In this document: positions 49,611 through 59,328 of the stretch, in pieces
Layout: each line of letters starts with the position of its first letter
Numbering within the stretch: the first letter of the stretch is position 1
Origin: an uncultured Elusimicrobia bacterium
GTDB taxonomy: Bacteria > Elusimicrobiota > Elusimicrobia > 2-01-FULL-59-12
NCBI GenBank assembly: GCA_963702895.1
Contig: OY969767.1
Coordinates: forward strand, 2,592,001 to 2,656,000
Direction: 5' to 3'
DNA: 64,000 bases
Translations under genes and position numbers: made by a program
The notes under the pieces: model-generated
What the model was told of the DNA's origin: nothing
Seen by the model: the letters and a program-made list of their open reading frames with translations, nothing else
Database searches by the model: none

Positions 49611-51204
49611 CCTTCGAGGCTGCTTCGTAGACCACGCGGCCATTGGTTAGCTGGAAAGCCTTGGTCAGTCGAAAACCAGACCACATTTGGCGGAGGGAGC
49701 CCACCGGCAAGGCATATTTTGCTTCTAGGGCGAGCTGGGCGTTGGAATCAAAGAAATCATCCAATACATAGACCCTTCTGCCTCTCCTTATGTCTCGCCA
49801 CAAAGCGGTCTCGAAACGCTCAAGGGATGTTTCCCGAAATGCGAAAAGTAGTCCTTCGAGGGATCCACCGCTCAACTCAGGGAAGAAATAGGGCATGAGC
49901 ACCCCGATATCAGGCACAGCGCCAGCCTGCGCTGCAACGAACGTGTCCCCTGGCTGGAGTCGGGCTCTGAGCTCTTTGAGCGCCATGTAACCTTGATTAT
50001 GGGTAATCGTGGATGCGTGGGCGATAGGTCCTGTCAAGTTCCACAAGAAGATGGCGCTCGCCACCATGGCCTGCCCGTAGAGAAATACTTTGGATCGGCA
50101 CAAAAGCAGGAGCAATGCTACTGTCCATGGGATCAATGCATGAAGGTGAAAGCCGACCTGAGCCGGGCTCCAAAGCACGACGAAGGACTCGCACAACATA
50201 CCCCAGAGCACAAGCGCGACGATCAGACTCTCGTGTTGAATCCACGTCTGTCTGCGCTTCCAAAGCGCTTGCCCAAGAAGGGCCAGGAACATGACGGGGA
50301 TCACCATAGAAAAGAGTCCTGCTGCGGCTCCCGAGGGATGAGCGATAAAAGAGCCCTTCCATCCTGCCCAGAGGCCTTGGAGACCTCCGAGCGCAGAGGT
50401 GGACCAGAATCCCGGATAGCGGGGCATGTGGGAGGTCTCGTAGGAAGCGTAGCCGATCGCCCAGCGCAGAAAGGACTGAGTCGTTTCTGGACGGATCACC
50501 CAGATGAAGATGGTCCCGTAGCTGAGGAGGAGCCCCGCCGAGACCAACGAAAGATATAGCACGGCCGAGCCCCAGTCGTTCGGAACCCTTGAAAGAGAAG
50601 CGCGCTTTCGAAAGAGCGCCAGCCATAGGGCGATGGCGAGAATATGAAAGAACGCCATCCCGTGCATCAGGATATAGAGTAAAGAGAGGAACGATACGGT
50701 CACAACTTGGCTTCTCCGCAGGGGGTTGCCATGATCAAGACTCAAGAGATTAACGATCAAAAGAGCGGCACAAGCTGCAGAAGCCCCGACCGCACGACCA
50801 TCCACCGCAAAATGCCACATACTGTAGCAGCTGCCAAGGAAGAACACCGACACCAAGGCCGGCATGGTGCGGGCTTTACCGGAAAGTCCATAAAAGAGAA
50901 ACGCAAGGGCAGAAGCCATGAGCAGAGAATTCAGTCTTGCGAGTGAATAGATGGCCAAGCCCTCATAACCCAAGAGCCTCTCGAGCTGATAGTAGAGAAC
51001 TCCAAGGGAGGGATAAAGGGGATGGTTCGGGTGAAACCAACGAATCGGTTCTTGACGCTCACAAGCGATGGCGTTCGTGATGGCGTCAAAGGAGAAGATC
51101 TGATTGGTTGTGGTCAGGTAGACAAAGAGCGCTCCAGCAAAAACAACGATGGAAACGATTGCGCGATACCGGGGACTCATCACGCGAGCATCACAGGCGT
51201 CCAT
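49600..51204 (-). CDS. Multi-pass membrane protein, DUF2723/GT-C-like
   Basis: VYL.T...SFD....HPNHPLY motif and multiple TMs. Confidence 0.7.
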   Translation of the reverse strand: MDACDARVMSPRYRAIVSIVVFAGALFVYLTTTNQIFSFDAITNAIACERQEPIRWFHPNHPLYPSLGVLYYQLERLLGYEGLAIYSLARLNSLLMASALAFLFYGLSGKARTMPALVSVFFLGSCYSMWHFAVDGRAVGASAACAALLIVNLLSLDHGNPLRRSQVVTVSFLSLLYILMHGMAFFHILAIALWLALFRKRASLSRVPNDWGSAVLYLSLVSAGLLLSYGTIFIWVIRPETTQSFLRWAIGYASYETSHMPRYPGFWSTSALGGLQGLWAGWKGSFIAHPSGAAAGLFSMVIPVMFLALLGQALWKRRQTWIQHESLIVALVLWGMLCESFVVLWSPAQVGFHLHALIPWTVALLLLLCRSKVFLYGQAMVASAIFLWNLTGPIAHASTITHNQGYMALKELRARLQPGDTFVAAQAGAVPDIGVLMPYFFPELSGGSLEGLLFAFRETSLERFETALWRDIRRGRRVYVLDDFFDSNAQLALEAKYALPVGSLRQMWSGFRLTKAFQLTNGRVVYEAASKVKS

Positions 51205-51213
51205 AGAGAGGAT

Positions 51214-52239
51214 TTATTCTTTACGAACTGTATCGAGGAGTGGGTCGTCCTTTATTTCCTGAGGGGTTTCGGTCGAGGCGATCAGCTTTTCTTCAAAGCG
51301 AGTGAGGCGCTTTTCCGCCTCGCCGAAGCGGGTCTGCGCATTGGCAATATGCATGCCGACTTTACGAAAATCATCCGTAAACCTCTCCAGCTCCTGTTTC
51401 AGCCTTCCGAGGTGACTCATGATCTCAAGCGCTCTCTCCTCAATCTTGAGCCCACGAAACCCTTGAGCCAGCGTCAAAAGATAGGCGTAAAAGGAATTCG
51501 GCGAGACCGGCATGACTTGTTTTGACGTCGCGTAGGAGTAGAGCGCCTTTTCTCCGTCTTCGTCATCTCCTTTGATGATGGTTTCGTAATAGACGTTTTC
51601 GGCCGGGATGTACATGAGCGCGAACGGGAAGGTGCCCTCGTCAGTCTGGATATAGCGGTTATGGATGTCATCAATGTGCTTCTTGATGTCCCGGGCGAAC
51701 TCTTTGCGCGCCAGCTTTCGCTGGTCATCCGATTCCGCTTCCAGCATCCGTTTGAAATTTTCCAGCGGGAACTTCGCGTCCACGGAAACCATCCCTTCTT
51801 TGAAGCGAATCACGGCGTCGACAATGGTTCCGCCCTTAAAGTGATGCTGCAGGCTGTAATGTTCCGGTGGGAGTATTTCGCGCAGAAGGTTCTCCAAGAG
51901 AACTTCCCCCATGCCGCCCCGGAGTTTGGGTGGGCGCAAGATATCCTGAAGCGAAGAAACGTCTTTTACGATGGCCTGAATTTGGAGATTAGACTCCGAG
52001 AGCTGGCCCAGCTGATTGCGCAAGTCACCGTAGAGCCGCGCAGCATTGTCCAAGCGCTGGTTGATAGTTCCTGTGTTTTGTGAGAGACTCTGGGACATCT
52101 GGTCTCTCAGCGCATTCATTTCTCTTTGAATCATATTCAGGATCAAACTGCCGGCATCCGTCCTGCGGTTTTGCTGATACAAAAACCAGACAAGCAAGCC
52201 GGATAAGATCAAGAGGAGAGAGACAAGAAATTCAATCAT
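51214..52239 (-). CDS. rmuC: DNA recombination protein RmuC
   Basis: N-terminal TM and coiled coil, RGGMGE..LE, VDAKFPL, MYIPAE..Y, SPNS. Confidence 0.92.
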   Translation of the reverse strand: MIEFLVSLLLILSGLLVWFLYQQNRRTDAGSLILNMIQREMNALRDQMSQSLSQNTGTINQRLDNAARLYGDLRNQLGQLSESNLQIQAIVKDVSSLQDILRPPKLRGGMGEVLLENLLREILPPEHYSLQHHFKGGTIVDAVIRFKEGMVSVDAKFPLENFKRMLEAESDDQRKLARKEFARDIKKHIDDIHNRYIQTDEGTFPFALMYIPAENVYYETIIKGDDEDGEKALYSYATSKQVMPVSPNSFYAYLLTLAQGFRGLKIEERALEIMSHLGRLKQELERFTDDFRKVGMHIANAQTRFGEAEKRLTRFEEKLIASTETPQEIKDDPLLDTVRKE

Positions 52240-52274
52240 TTCAGCTGTATTCTATTAAAATCGAGCGAACCGTG

Positions 52275-53906
52275 ATGAGCAACCGAACCATAGCCCTCGT
52301 TTTGATCAGTCTTCATGCCTGTCTTGCTCTCCATGCGTCCTGGAATGTATCTCCGGCGTGGGATGAGATCATCTACCCCGCTGCGGGGTACGATCTGTTG
52401 GTCAGCGGTCATGTTCGCACCAGTCTCGATCATCCCCCGCTGGGGAAAGCGCTCCTGGCTCTGCCGCTATTTCTTGAAAAGAATTCCATCAAAAGTCCGC
52501 CAGGTGGCAAGGATGCCGTAGAGCCCTTTCGCTTTGGGTTCGACTTTGTGCACAACAACCGACTGCCTGCACGAAGGCTTCTCTTTCTCTCCCGCCTCAC
52601 TAATGTTCTGTTCTCCTGCCTGCTCGCTTGGATGATCTTCTTGGCGGGTCGGTCTCGGTGGGGTGATCGGGCGGGTCTTCTGGCGCTGACGTTTTACGCG
52701 TTTCTTCCCGCCGCCTTAGCGCGTGCTTCCATGGGTCTTTTGGAGATGACGCTCGCTGTCTTTATGATGGCCTCTTGTATCGGTTTTGTTCGCTGGGAAG
52801 AACGAAGGCATCCTTGGGCTGTTGCTCTCTGGGGGATTTTCTGGCTGTGTGCCGTTCTGACGAAAGCGACGGCGTGGATTTTATTGCCAGGATTTCTATG
52901 GGTCAGTCGTCGGAAGGTCGCCACCTTGGGCGTGACGGCTACAGTGTTGCTCATGGCCGAACTCATCATGCGATATCTCGGACAATCTTATTTCGGTGCC
53001 GAGATGATCTCCCGTGGACTGAGCGCTCCTCAGGCATCCATGCCCATTTATTTCGCTGGCCGTGTCTGGGAACATCCGCTGCCCTTCCATTTACTGATCG
53101 CATGGCTCATCAAGACGCCTTTGTCGCTGGTGATTCTGGCAGCGGTTGGGTTTGCTGTGTCTTGTCACCGTAGACGCGCAGACCCTCTCCTTCAGATGGG
53201 GATTGCTTCAGCAGGGATGTACTTGTTTCTCACGATCGCGTTCCGCTCCCGCTATGTGACCACTTCGCATCTATTCTGGTTTCACCCTTTTGCCTGCCTG
53301 GCGATTGGAAGTTTACTGGATTCAGCGGCAGGCGTGAAATGGCGCTCATGGATGATCATCCTGGCTGTTGTGATGGCAGGTGAATGTTTCTGGGTCCATC
53401 CGCACTATCTTTCCTACTTTAATGCGTTGGTCGGAGGGTCCAGCCATGGCTATCACTGGCTGGATGATTCCGATCAGGATTGGGGTCAAGGGCTCCCCGC
53501 TTTAGCAAGTTGGATGAGGCAAGAGAATCTGACACAGGTCCTCTTGGGTTACGCGGGAGCAGGGGATCCTCGTGTGTACGGAATTCCTTATCAAGATGTC
53601 CTATCCCCGGCTTTGGTCACTGCCGTCTATCGTGGAGTCATCTTTCCAGAGTGGAGGGGGCGCGTTTGCCTTGCCTTGGGAACGAAAGTCGTACAAACAG
53701 AGCGGCCCCTACTCGAGTGGCTTCTGCTTCGTCGCAAGCCCACAAAAATTGTCGGACATACTTTTTTGATTTATGACCTCACGGGAGATCGCGAGGCTTT
53801 GGAATGGCTGATATGGTTTTATAAATTCACTCGACGACCTCATCATGCGGTTGCGCTACATGCCTTAAGAGGAACTCTCCGCTCTGAGCCGCCAAAGTCC
53901 TTTTAG
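52275..53906 (+). CDS. ArnT/PMT-family (GT-C) glycosyltransferase
   Basis: SPAWDE..Y, DHPPLGK, R..NV, TK.TA, YLSYFN, DSDQDWGQ. Confidence 0.85.
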   Translation: MSNRTIALVLISLHACLALHASWNVSPAWDEIIYPAAGYDLLVSGHVRTSLDHPPLGKALLALPLFLEKNSIKSPPGGKDAVEPFRFGFDFVHNNRLPARRLLFLSRLTNVLFSCLLAWMIFLAGRSRWGDRAGLLALTFYAFLPAALARASMGLLEMTLAVFMMASCIGFVRWEERRHPWAVALWGIFWLCAVLTKATAWILLPGFLWVSRRKVATLGVTATVLLMAELIMRYLGQSYFGAEMISRGLSAPQASMPIYFAGRVWEHPLPFHLLIAWLIKTPLSLVILAAVGFAVSCHRRRADPLLQMGIASAGMYLFLTIAFRSRYVTTSHLFWFHPFACLAIGSLLDSAAGVKWRSWMIILAVVMAGECFWVHPHYLSYFNALVGGSSHGYHWLDDSDQDWGQGLPALASWMRQENLTQVLLGYAGAGDPRVYGIPYQDVLSPALVTAVYRGVIFPEWRGRVCLALGTKVVQTERPLLEWLLLRRKPTKIVGHTFLIYDLTGDREALEWLIWFYKFTRRPHHAVALHALRGTLRSEPPKSF

Positions 53907-54569
53907 AAATTGAATCATGACTTGTAAGGTAAGTTTGCTGTGGCCCTGGTGACGATCCTTGAAGATAAAGGGATGCTCGCTCACTTTCTCCGGCCGCCCC
54001 CTTTCATAGAACTCAAGCAATATCTTATATCCTTGCGGGTTTAAGCGGTGCTTGCATTGCTCATAGGCGGAGCGAGGGATGACAAAATAGCCGCTCATGG
54101 GGTCTGAGAGGGACGTCCGGAGAACAGCTCTCGTCAGAATTGTGGCAACATTGCTGAAAAGGCGTCGATGCCATGGCCATCGGTCAGCGCCCCCTCCTGG
54201 GATACGTCTGGACGCAACCGCGAGGGCTGCTCCCGATTCAACGGCTTGGACCATCTGCGGGAGTATCCGTTCATCATGCGAGAGGTCAGCGTCCATCACA
54301 GCCAGAATATCACCCTTCGAAACCCGCATGCCTTCGAGGACGGCTGCGCTCAGACCTCGTTCATGCGTGCGCACCACCAACCGAATCCTGCGGTTGGTCG
54401 CTGCCAAGGACCGCACGATCGAGGCCGTCTCATCCGGGGAGTTGTCGTCCACAACAATGATTTCAAAATCCGATCCACGGAGAGCATCCTGAGCAGACTG
54501 CAAGAAGGCCGCAATATTAAGGCATTCGTTGTATGTGGGGACGACGAGTGAGATGTGTGGCGACTTCAT
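53865..54569 (-). CDS. Polyprenol monophosphomannose synthase-like GT2
   Basis: VPTYNE, VDDNSPD.T, RGLS.AV, MDADLSH, DPMSGYF, GYKILLE. Confidence 0.9.
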   Translation of the reverse strand: MKSPHISLVVPTYNECLNIAAFLQSAQDALRGSDFEIIVVDDNSPDETASIVRSLAATNRRIRLVVRTHERGLSAAVLEGMRVSKGDILAVMDADLSHDERILPQMVQAVESGAALAVASRRIPGGGADRWPWHRRLFSNVATILTRAVLRTSLSDPMSGYFVIPRSAYEQCKHRLNPQGYKILLEFYERGRPEKVSEHPFIFKDRHQGHSKLTLQVMIQFLKGLWRLRAESSS

Positions 54570-55306
54570 GGGCGCCTTGTGTTCTTCAACAACTGCAAGT
54601 AAGCCATAATGGTCCTGACAGTTTGAATTTTGCTTTGTCCGCCGCGGTTCTCATAATGGAGCACAAAAGGAATTTCCCCCGCTTTGACCGCTTGACGACA
54701 CACTTTGATGAACAGCTCTGCACCGCCCGGGAACCCTGTTTGCTCGATGAGGCGAACGCCATATCTTTTGTAAGCCTCTTGTAGCACAGCTACACGATAA
54801 GCCCTAAACCCATTCGTATAACAACGAACCTCGCCAATGGGTCTGAGACGTCGAAAGAGCCCGTTTACAATAGAGCTCATCACGCGCCTCTTGAAAGGCA
54901 CGCCGCTCATCTGGCCGCCCGGCGCCCAATACGAAGCGGTGGCGACGTCAAAGCCATCCTGGATCATGTCCACGAGTTTGGGGATGTATTCCGGGCGGTG
55001 CGTATTGTCCGCATCCAGTGAAACAACGATGTCCGCAGGGCTCGCATTTTGGATCACCCAGAGGAATCCAGTTTTTAACGCGGCCCCGTATCCCTGATTG
55101 GCGGGATGACGCAAAAGCTGCATCGGCCAAGCCTTCGCCCAGGCTGCCGCGAGCGAGGGTGTCGCGTCCGTGGATCCATCATCCACCAGAACAATCCGGT
55201 AAGGCATCACGCTTCGCAGGGTATCCCCGAGATCTGGTAGGAGTTTTGAGAGCGCATCTGCTTCATTGAGCGCGGGTAAAAGGACGTAGAGGGTTTGGGT
55301 CTCCAT
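54566..55306 (-). CDS. GT2 glycosyltransferase (DPM-like)
   Basis: LPALNE, VDDGSTD.T, NQGYG.A, LDADNTH. Confidence 0.9.
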   Translation of the reverse strand: METQTLYVLLPALNEADALSKLLPDLGDTLRSVMPYRIVLVDDGSTDATPSLAAAWAKAWPMQLLRHPANQGYGAALKTGFLWVIQNASPADIVVSLDADNTHRPEYIPKLVDMIQDGFDVATASYWAPGGQMSGVPFKRRVMSSIVNGLFRRLRPIGEVRCYTNGFRAYRVAVLQEAYKRYGVRLIEQTGFPGGAELFIKVCRQAVKAGEIPFVLHYENRGGQSKIQTVRTIMAYLQLLKNTRRP

Positions 55307-55701
55307 CAGGGGATCAATCTTAGTGCACCCCAAGCGCCCAACGTGTCGATACCGACATCCAAGGCGGAGGCCGCCCTGCCCGGGACAAAAGATTGATGGA
55401 GCTCATCGGAACAAGCGTAGAGAAAAGTCAGGGCAAGCGACCAGACGAAGATCTTCTTCTGCGGCCAAGGAGCACTTCCGGTGAGCGCACGCGCCAGCAA
55501 GAGCGCCAGAACCCCGAAAACGAACACATGGGCGAATTTCCTGAAGATGATGTCATACCAGGCTCTTGTGATCCGTAGATCGGGGATGCTCGAAAAGAAG
55601 AAGATGACGCCAGCCCAGAGAAGCACGGGGAGCCAGAGCGCAACGGCGACACGGAGACGCGGAGATGTGGAGACAAGAATCGAGGGGATTCTCCGCGTCA
55701 C
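55306..55701 (-). CDS. VanZ-family membrane protein
   Basis: W..VIFFFSS, RKFAH...FGVL, YA.SDELHQSFVPGR. Confidence 0.88.
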   Translation of the reverse strand: MTRRIPSILVSTSPRLRVAVALWLPVLLWAGVIFFFSSIPDLRITRAWYDIIFRKFAHVFVFGVLALLLARALTGSAPWPQKKIFVWSLALTFLYACSDELHQSFVPGRAASALDVGIDTLGAWGALRLIP

Positions 55702-55728
55702 CGCGTCTCCCCGTCGCCGCGTCGTCGT
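55643..55728. repeat. Inverted octamer-tandem hairpin across the deacetylase/VanZ junction
   Basis: ACGGCGAC ACGGAGAC GCGGAGAT GTGGAGAC ... TTCTCCGC GTCACCGC GTCTCCCC GTCGCCGC GTCGTCGT. Confidence 0.75.
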
Positions 55729-56444
55729 GTAAAGTCTTGATAGGCCGGATACCATCTCTGGGCTTTGCAAAGGATCTCCCAGACCGTGTTTCGTGGGAAC
55801 ACGACGGCCCGCCTCAGCCGGTAGAGATTGGCGGTATGGTCCCGCGGGGCGCGGTCGGTCGCAAAAGCAGCGTCAAAGCCAGCTTCCTTCGCGAGCGTCT
55901 CGATCCGCTCGTTCGCCTCCCCGTAGGGGTAGGCCAACAACGGGACACGTTCCCCGAGGACGTCTTCCAGGATTTTTTTGGAATCGAACAGGTCCTTCCT
56001 TGCTGCATTCTCCTCAAGTTTTGTGAGATGGGCGTGATGACAAGAGTGCGCGCCCACTCCCATGCCCGCCCTTCTCCATGTTCGCAGCTGCTCTTGGTTC
56101 ATGAGTCGGGCCTTGCCGTTGTCCCAGACGTTACGCGCCTCGCCGGGCACTGCAAAAACGGTCGCGGTGAAGCCAAAGTCTTGAAGAACAGGAAGCCCTA
56201 AGGTCAACACTTCCTCATAGCCATCATCGAAAGTGATCGCGATGGTTTTGCGCCCCACACGCCTCCCATGGCGCTTGAGCTCCGCGGCATAGTCTTCGAG
56301 ACGCACGGTGGAATACCCGAGCCAGCCCAGCCAAAGAAGATGCCTCCGGAACTGCTCTTGGCTGACGGCAATGCGCTTGGGGTCGGCGTCTTTTGTGGGC
56401 CGTCCCGGCAGGAGGCGGTGGTAAGTCAGGATGGGCAGATACAT
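55698..56444 (-). CDS. Polysaccharide deacetylase (CE4)
   Basis: PILTYHR, ITFDDGY, AHSCHH, AYPYG. Confidence 0.92.
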   Translation of the reverse strand: MYLPILTYHRLLPGRPTKDADPKRIAVSQEQFRRHLLWLGWLGYSTVRLEDYAAELKRHGRRVGRKTIAITFDDGYEEVLTLGLPVLQDFGFTATVFAVPGEARNVWDNGKARLMNQEQLRTWRRAGMGVGAHSCHHAHLTKLEENAARKDLFDSKKILEDVLGERVPLLAYPYGEANERIETLAKEAGFDAAFATDRAPRDHTANLYRLRRAVVFPRNTVWEILCKAQRWYPAYQDFTRRRGDGETR

Positions 56445-57511
56445 TAGCCTATGGCTTTCTCGTAGACCGCCTCGACTTGGGAGGCGATTGCCATTAAATC
56501 GTAATATTTTTCGACAAAGTCACGGGAGCTTCGTCCCAGTTCTTGTTCTCCCAGACGCAGCCCAAGAATTTCGCGCAGTCCCTGTTCAAGCTTCGTGGAA
56601 TCAAAATCTGGAGGGTCGAGATGGTCCCCCAAATTGCTTCGCAAAGCGATGGGCCATGACTCCGGTTTGCACAAACCGAGGACTCCGCCTTCCCCCATCA
56701 TCACGACGGGCCGCCCCAAAGCCATGCATTCCAGGGCGGACCTGCCGGCGGCGAGCGCACCGTCCGAATTGCGGATGAGCGTGTCCAGGTCTTGGACAAA
56801 ACCCATGCTTTCAATCGTGGAAGGGGCAATTCTGCTTTGCGCGATCGACAGCCGCGCGGAGAAGGCCGCCCGCCGCGCGAAGGGGACCATCCCCACGATT
56901 TTGTAGTGAGCCGGAGGCAGGCGATGGACCATGTTCTCAAGCGCATCAACAAAAAACTCAAAGGTTTTCCATCGCCCGCCGCTGAGCCTGCCAATGAGCA
57001 AAACATCTTTCACATTGGGGGTCTGTCGCACGGACACCACCAGGCCCCGAAGGTCGATACCATTGCGGATGAGGTGGATTTTGCTGGCGGGCTGGGGAAA
57101 ATGCATGCGCAAGTGGCCGACGATGGCTTCATCGATCGCGATGGTTTGGTCCCCAAGGCACGGGAAATGTTTTGAAAAGACATGAACAGGCAACGGTTGA
57201 TGGATCGTCGTGACATGTGGAATGCCTGTGACTTTGGCCGCCTGGGCCGCGACCCAGTGGGATCTTCGGGAGTGGGAATGGACCAGCTCAATCCCATGCT
57301 TGCGAATAAAGGAGACCACCCTCCAAGTGTTCACAACCCCCATCGGGAAGGCCTTCCTGTCGATGGGCATGGACGTGTAGGCTTGGCCGTGATGAAGTTG
57401 GTCCGAAATCCAGAAAATCTCGTGCTTCCCTTGCCAGGCTTTGGCGAGCGCGACGGAATAGGTCTCCGATCCTGAGGGCTCGAGGCATGAAAGAAGAAAG
57501 AGGACTCTCAC
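56444..57511 (-). CDS. GT4-like glycosyltransferase
   Basis: SGSETY, VHSHSR, HVTTIH, IRNGID, GRSALE.MA.GRPVV. Confidence 0.85.
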   Translation of the reverse strand: MRVLFLLSCLEPSGSETYSVALAKAWQGKHEIFWISDQLHHGQAYTSMPIDRKAFPMGVVNTWRVVSFIRKHGIELVHSHSRRSHWVAAQAAKVTGIPHVTTIHQPLPVHVFSKHFPCLGDQTIAIDEAIVGHLRMHFPQPASKIHLIRNGIDLRGLVVSVRQTPNVKDVLLIGRLSGGRWKTFEFFVDALENMVHRLPPAHYKIVGMVPFARRAAFSARLSIAQSRIAPSTIESMGFVQDLDTLIRNSDGALAAGRSALECMALGRPVVMMGEGGVLGLCKPESWPIALRSNLGDHLDPPDFDSTKLEQGLREILGLRLGEQELGRSSRDFVEKYYDLMAIASQVEAVYEKAIG

Positions 57512-59328
57512 GGTTTGATAAAGGCCTTGATCCCGTTCACAATAGCATTGGCAAAATTCTTTTGGAACGGAGGGTCAAAGAGTAGAACTTCCTGCTCCGG
57601 GACGATGAGGTAAGCCTGCTCGGTCAGCACCGCTGGCATCTGAGTCATTCGGCAGATGGCTAAATCGGCGTAAAACAGTCCCCGGTCCGGAAGAATCGCG
57701 GCGTGCTTGCGGTAGCCCGCGTGGATCGCTTCGGCCAGGGCCCTGCTTTGCGGCTGGTAGAAATAGACGCTCGAGCCATTGTTCCAGACGGGATTTTCAC
57801 TCAAACCAGAGGAATTGCAGTGGATGCTGATGAAGAGTCTTGCGTTATTCTTCCAGGCGAGGCGCGGCCGCTCGTAGATCGAAACTTCCGTATCCAGACT
57901 TCGGACCAAAAAAGGCTTCGCTCCAGAAGCTTCGAGCGTGTTCATCAGCACTTTGGCGATGGCAAGATTCGCGTCTTTTTCCAATGTCCCGTGCGGACCG
58001 ACGGCCCCGTAATCCGACCCTCCATGACCCGGGTCCACCGCGATGATCATGTCGCGCAGGTTGTCGCTCTCCCATGGTTTGCGGATTTCAATGATCAAGG
58101 TCGACCCTTCATAACGGATGTCAAAGCCCCACCATTTTTTGATGCGCGGCTCGATGATCAATTGGCAGGTGTCCGGAGAGACTTGTTTCCAGCGAACGAG
58201 TTGCACCAGGGGGTCCAAAGGGTCGTAACGGATCAAATCCGTTTTATTGGCGGCACCAAAGAGCGTGAGGGTCAATGCCATCGGATCGACGGTTTGTTCC
58301 ACGCGGTAGGGGAGGACCTCTCCGAGCGGCACCGTCACGAGCGTACTGTCTTTGATGTGCGTGATCTTGATGTTGGTGAGCATGCTTTGTGGGAGAGGGG
58401 TGCCGCGGGGGAGCTCCTGGAGTGCGGATTCTTTCACCCAGCCCGCTTGTGTCGCGGAAAATCTGACGCGCCATTGGGAGCCGATTTTGCCGCTTAAAGG
58501 AACTCTCATGCCCTTATAGAGAAAAACATCATAGCCGCCGTCGATGGCTGTTCGGGCGGCGACCGTATCCTCCGTGATGATGCCGACGCGGGGGACTCCG
58601 CCCGTTTCCACCGTCAAGCGGCCTTTTGCGGTGGCGCGCTCGACCCCTTTGCGCTTGAGGGTGATCGCGATCTCCGAACGCTTCAGAGCGATATCAGACG
58701 GAATCACATAAGACCCTTCATAGATCCCTCTTCCGGGATTGCCGACTTCCGTCATGGGGACATGCTTGGCGAGGCCCTCGATCGCAAATTCTGCAACGGC
58801 CCCCGGCGAACCTTGAAAACTCACCTGCACGATGTCGCCGGGGGCGAGGAGGAGCTCCTCCGCGGGCGCAATCGACTCCCGGAGAATTTTTAAGGGAGAT
58901 TTGGGCAACTCTGAAAATGCGGGAGCGACACTAAAACGGCGCTCCAAACGCGCGGTCACGCCATCGGGCGTGAGGGCTTCTAAACGCAAGAGCATCTCCC
59001 CCGGAGTCAGCGGGACCATGGCCAGGTAACCGCCCTGGCTGTGGACGGGGAGGCTGCTGCCGTTGAGGGTGAGCGTCGAGCCCGCCACGACAGCGCCGTA
59101 AATAAAGACTTCTTTTAAGGGAGGAAGCTTCGCGCCTTCCAAGGGATGGAGGACGGTGAGCGGAGCGGAGCTTGAAAATGGGACGGCCAACGGTCCAAGG
59201 AGGGTCAGCGACTCCGCCATCGCAGGACAAGGAACTCCCGAGAGCGCTAGGAGGCCGGCAACCACCGAGTACGACGCGTGCCGGGCCAGCCCGGCGCTTC
59301 TTGCTGTGTTGGGTGATTTAGACGACGT
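57508..59328 (-). CDS. N-acetylmuramoyl-L-alanine amidase (Amidase_3), start uncertain
   Basis: VDPGHGG, EK..NL, ISIHCNS, AVLTE. Signal-peptide-like segment ending PAMA. Confidence 0.88.
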   Translation of the reverse strand, partial: TSSKSPNTARSAGLARHASYSVVAGLLALSGVPCPAMAESLTLLGPLAVPFSSSAPLTVLHPLEGAKLPPLKEVFIYGAVVAGSTLTLNGSSLPVHSQGGYLAMVPLTPGEMLLRLEALTPDGVTARLERRFSVAPAFSELPKSPLKILRESIAPAEELLLAPGDIVQVSFQGSPGAVAEFAIEGLAKHVPMTEVGNPGRGIYEGSYVIPSDIALKRSEIAITLKRKGVERATAKGRLTVETGGVPRVGIITEDTVAARTAIDGGYDVFLYKGMRVPLSGKIGSQWRVRFSATQAGWVKESALQELPRGTPLPQSMLTNIKITHIKDSTLVTVPLGEVLPYRVEQTVDPMALTLTLFGAANKTDLIRYDPLDPLVQLVRWKQVSPDTCQLIIEPRIKKWWGFDIRYEGSTLIIEIRKPWESDNLRDMIIAVDPGHGGSDYGAVGPHGTLEKDANLAIAKVLMNTLEASGAKPFLVRSLDTEVSIYERPRLAWKNNARLFISIHCNSSGLSENPVWNNGSSVYFYQPQSRALAEAIHAGYRKHAAILPDRGLFYADLAICRMTQMPAVLTEQAYLIVPEQEVLLFDPPFQKNFANAIVNGIKAFIKP

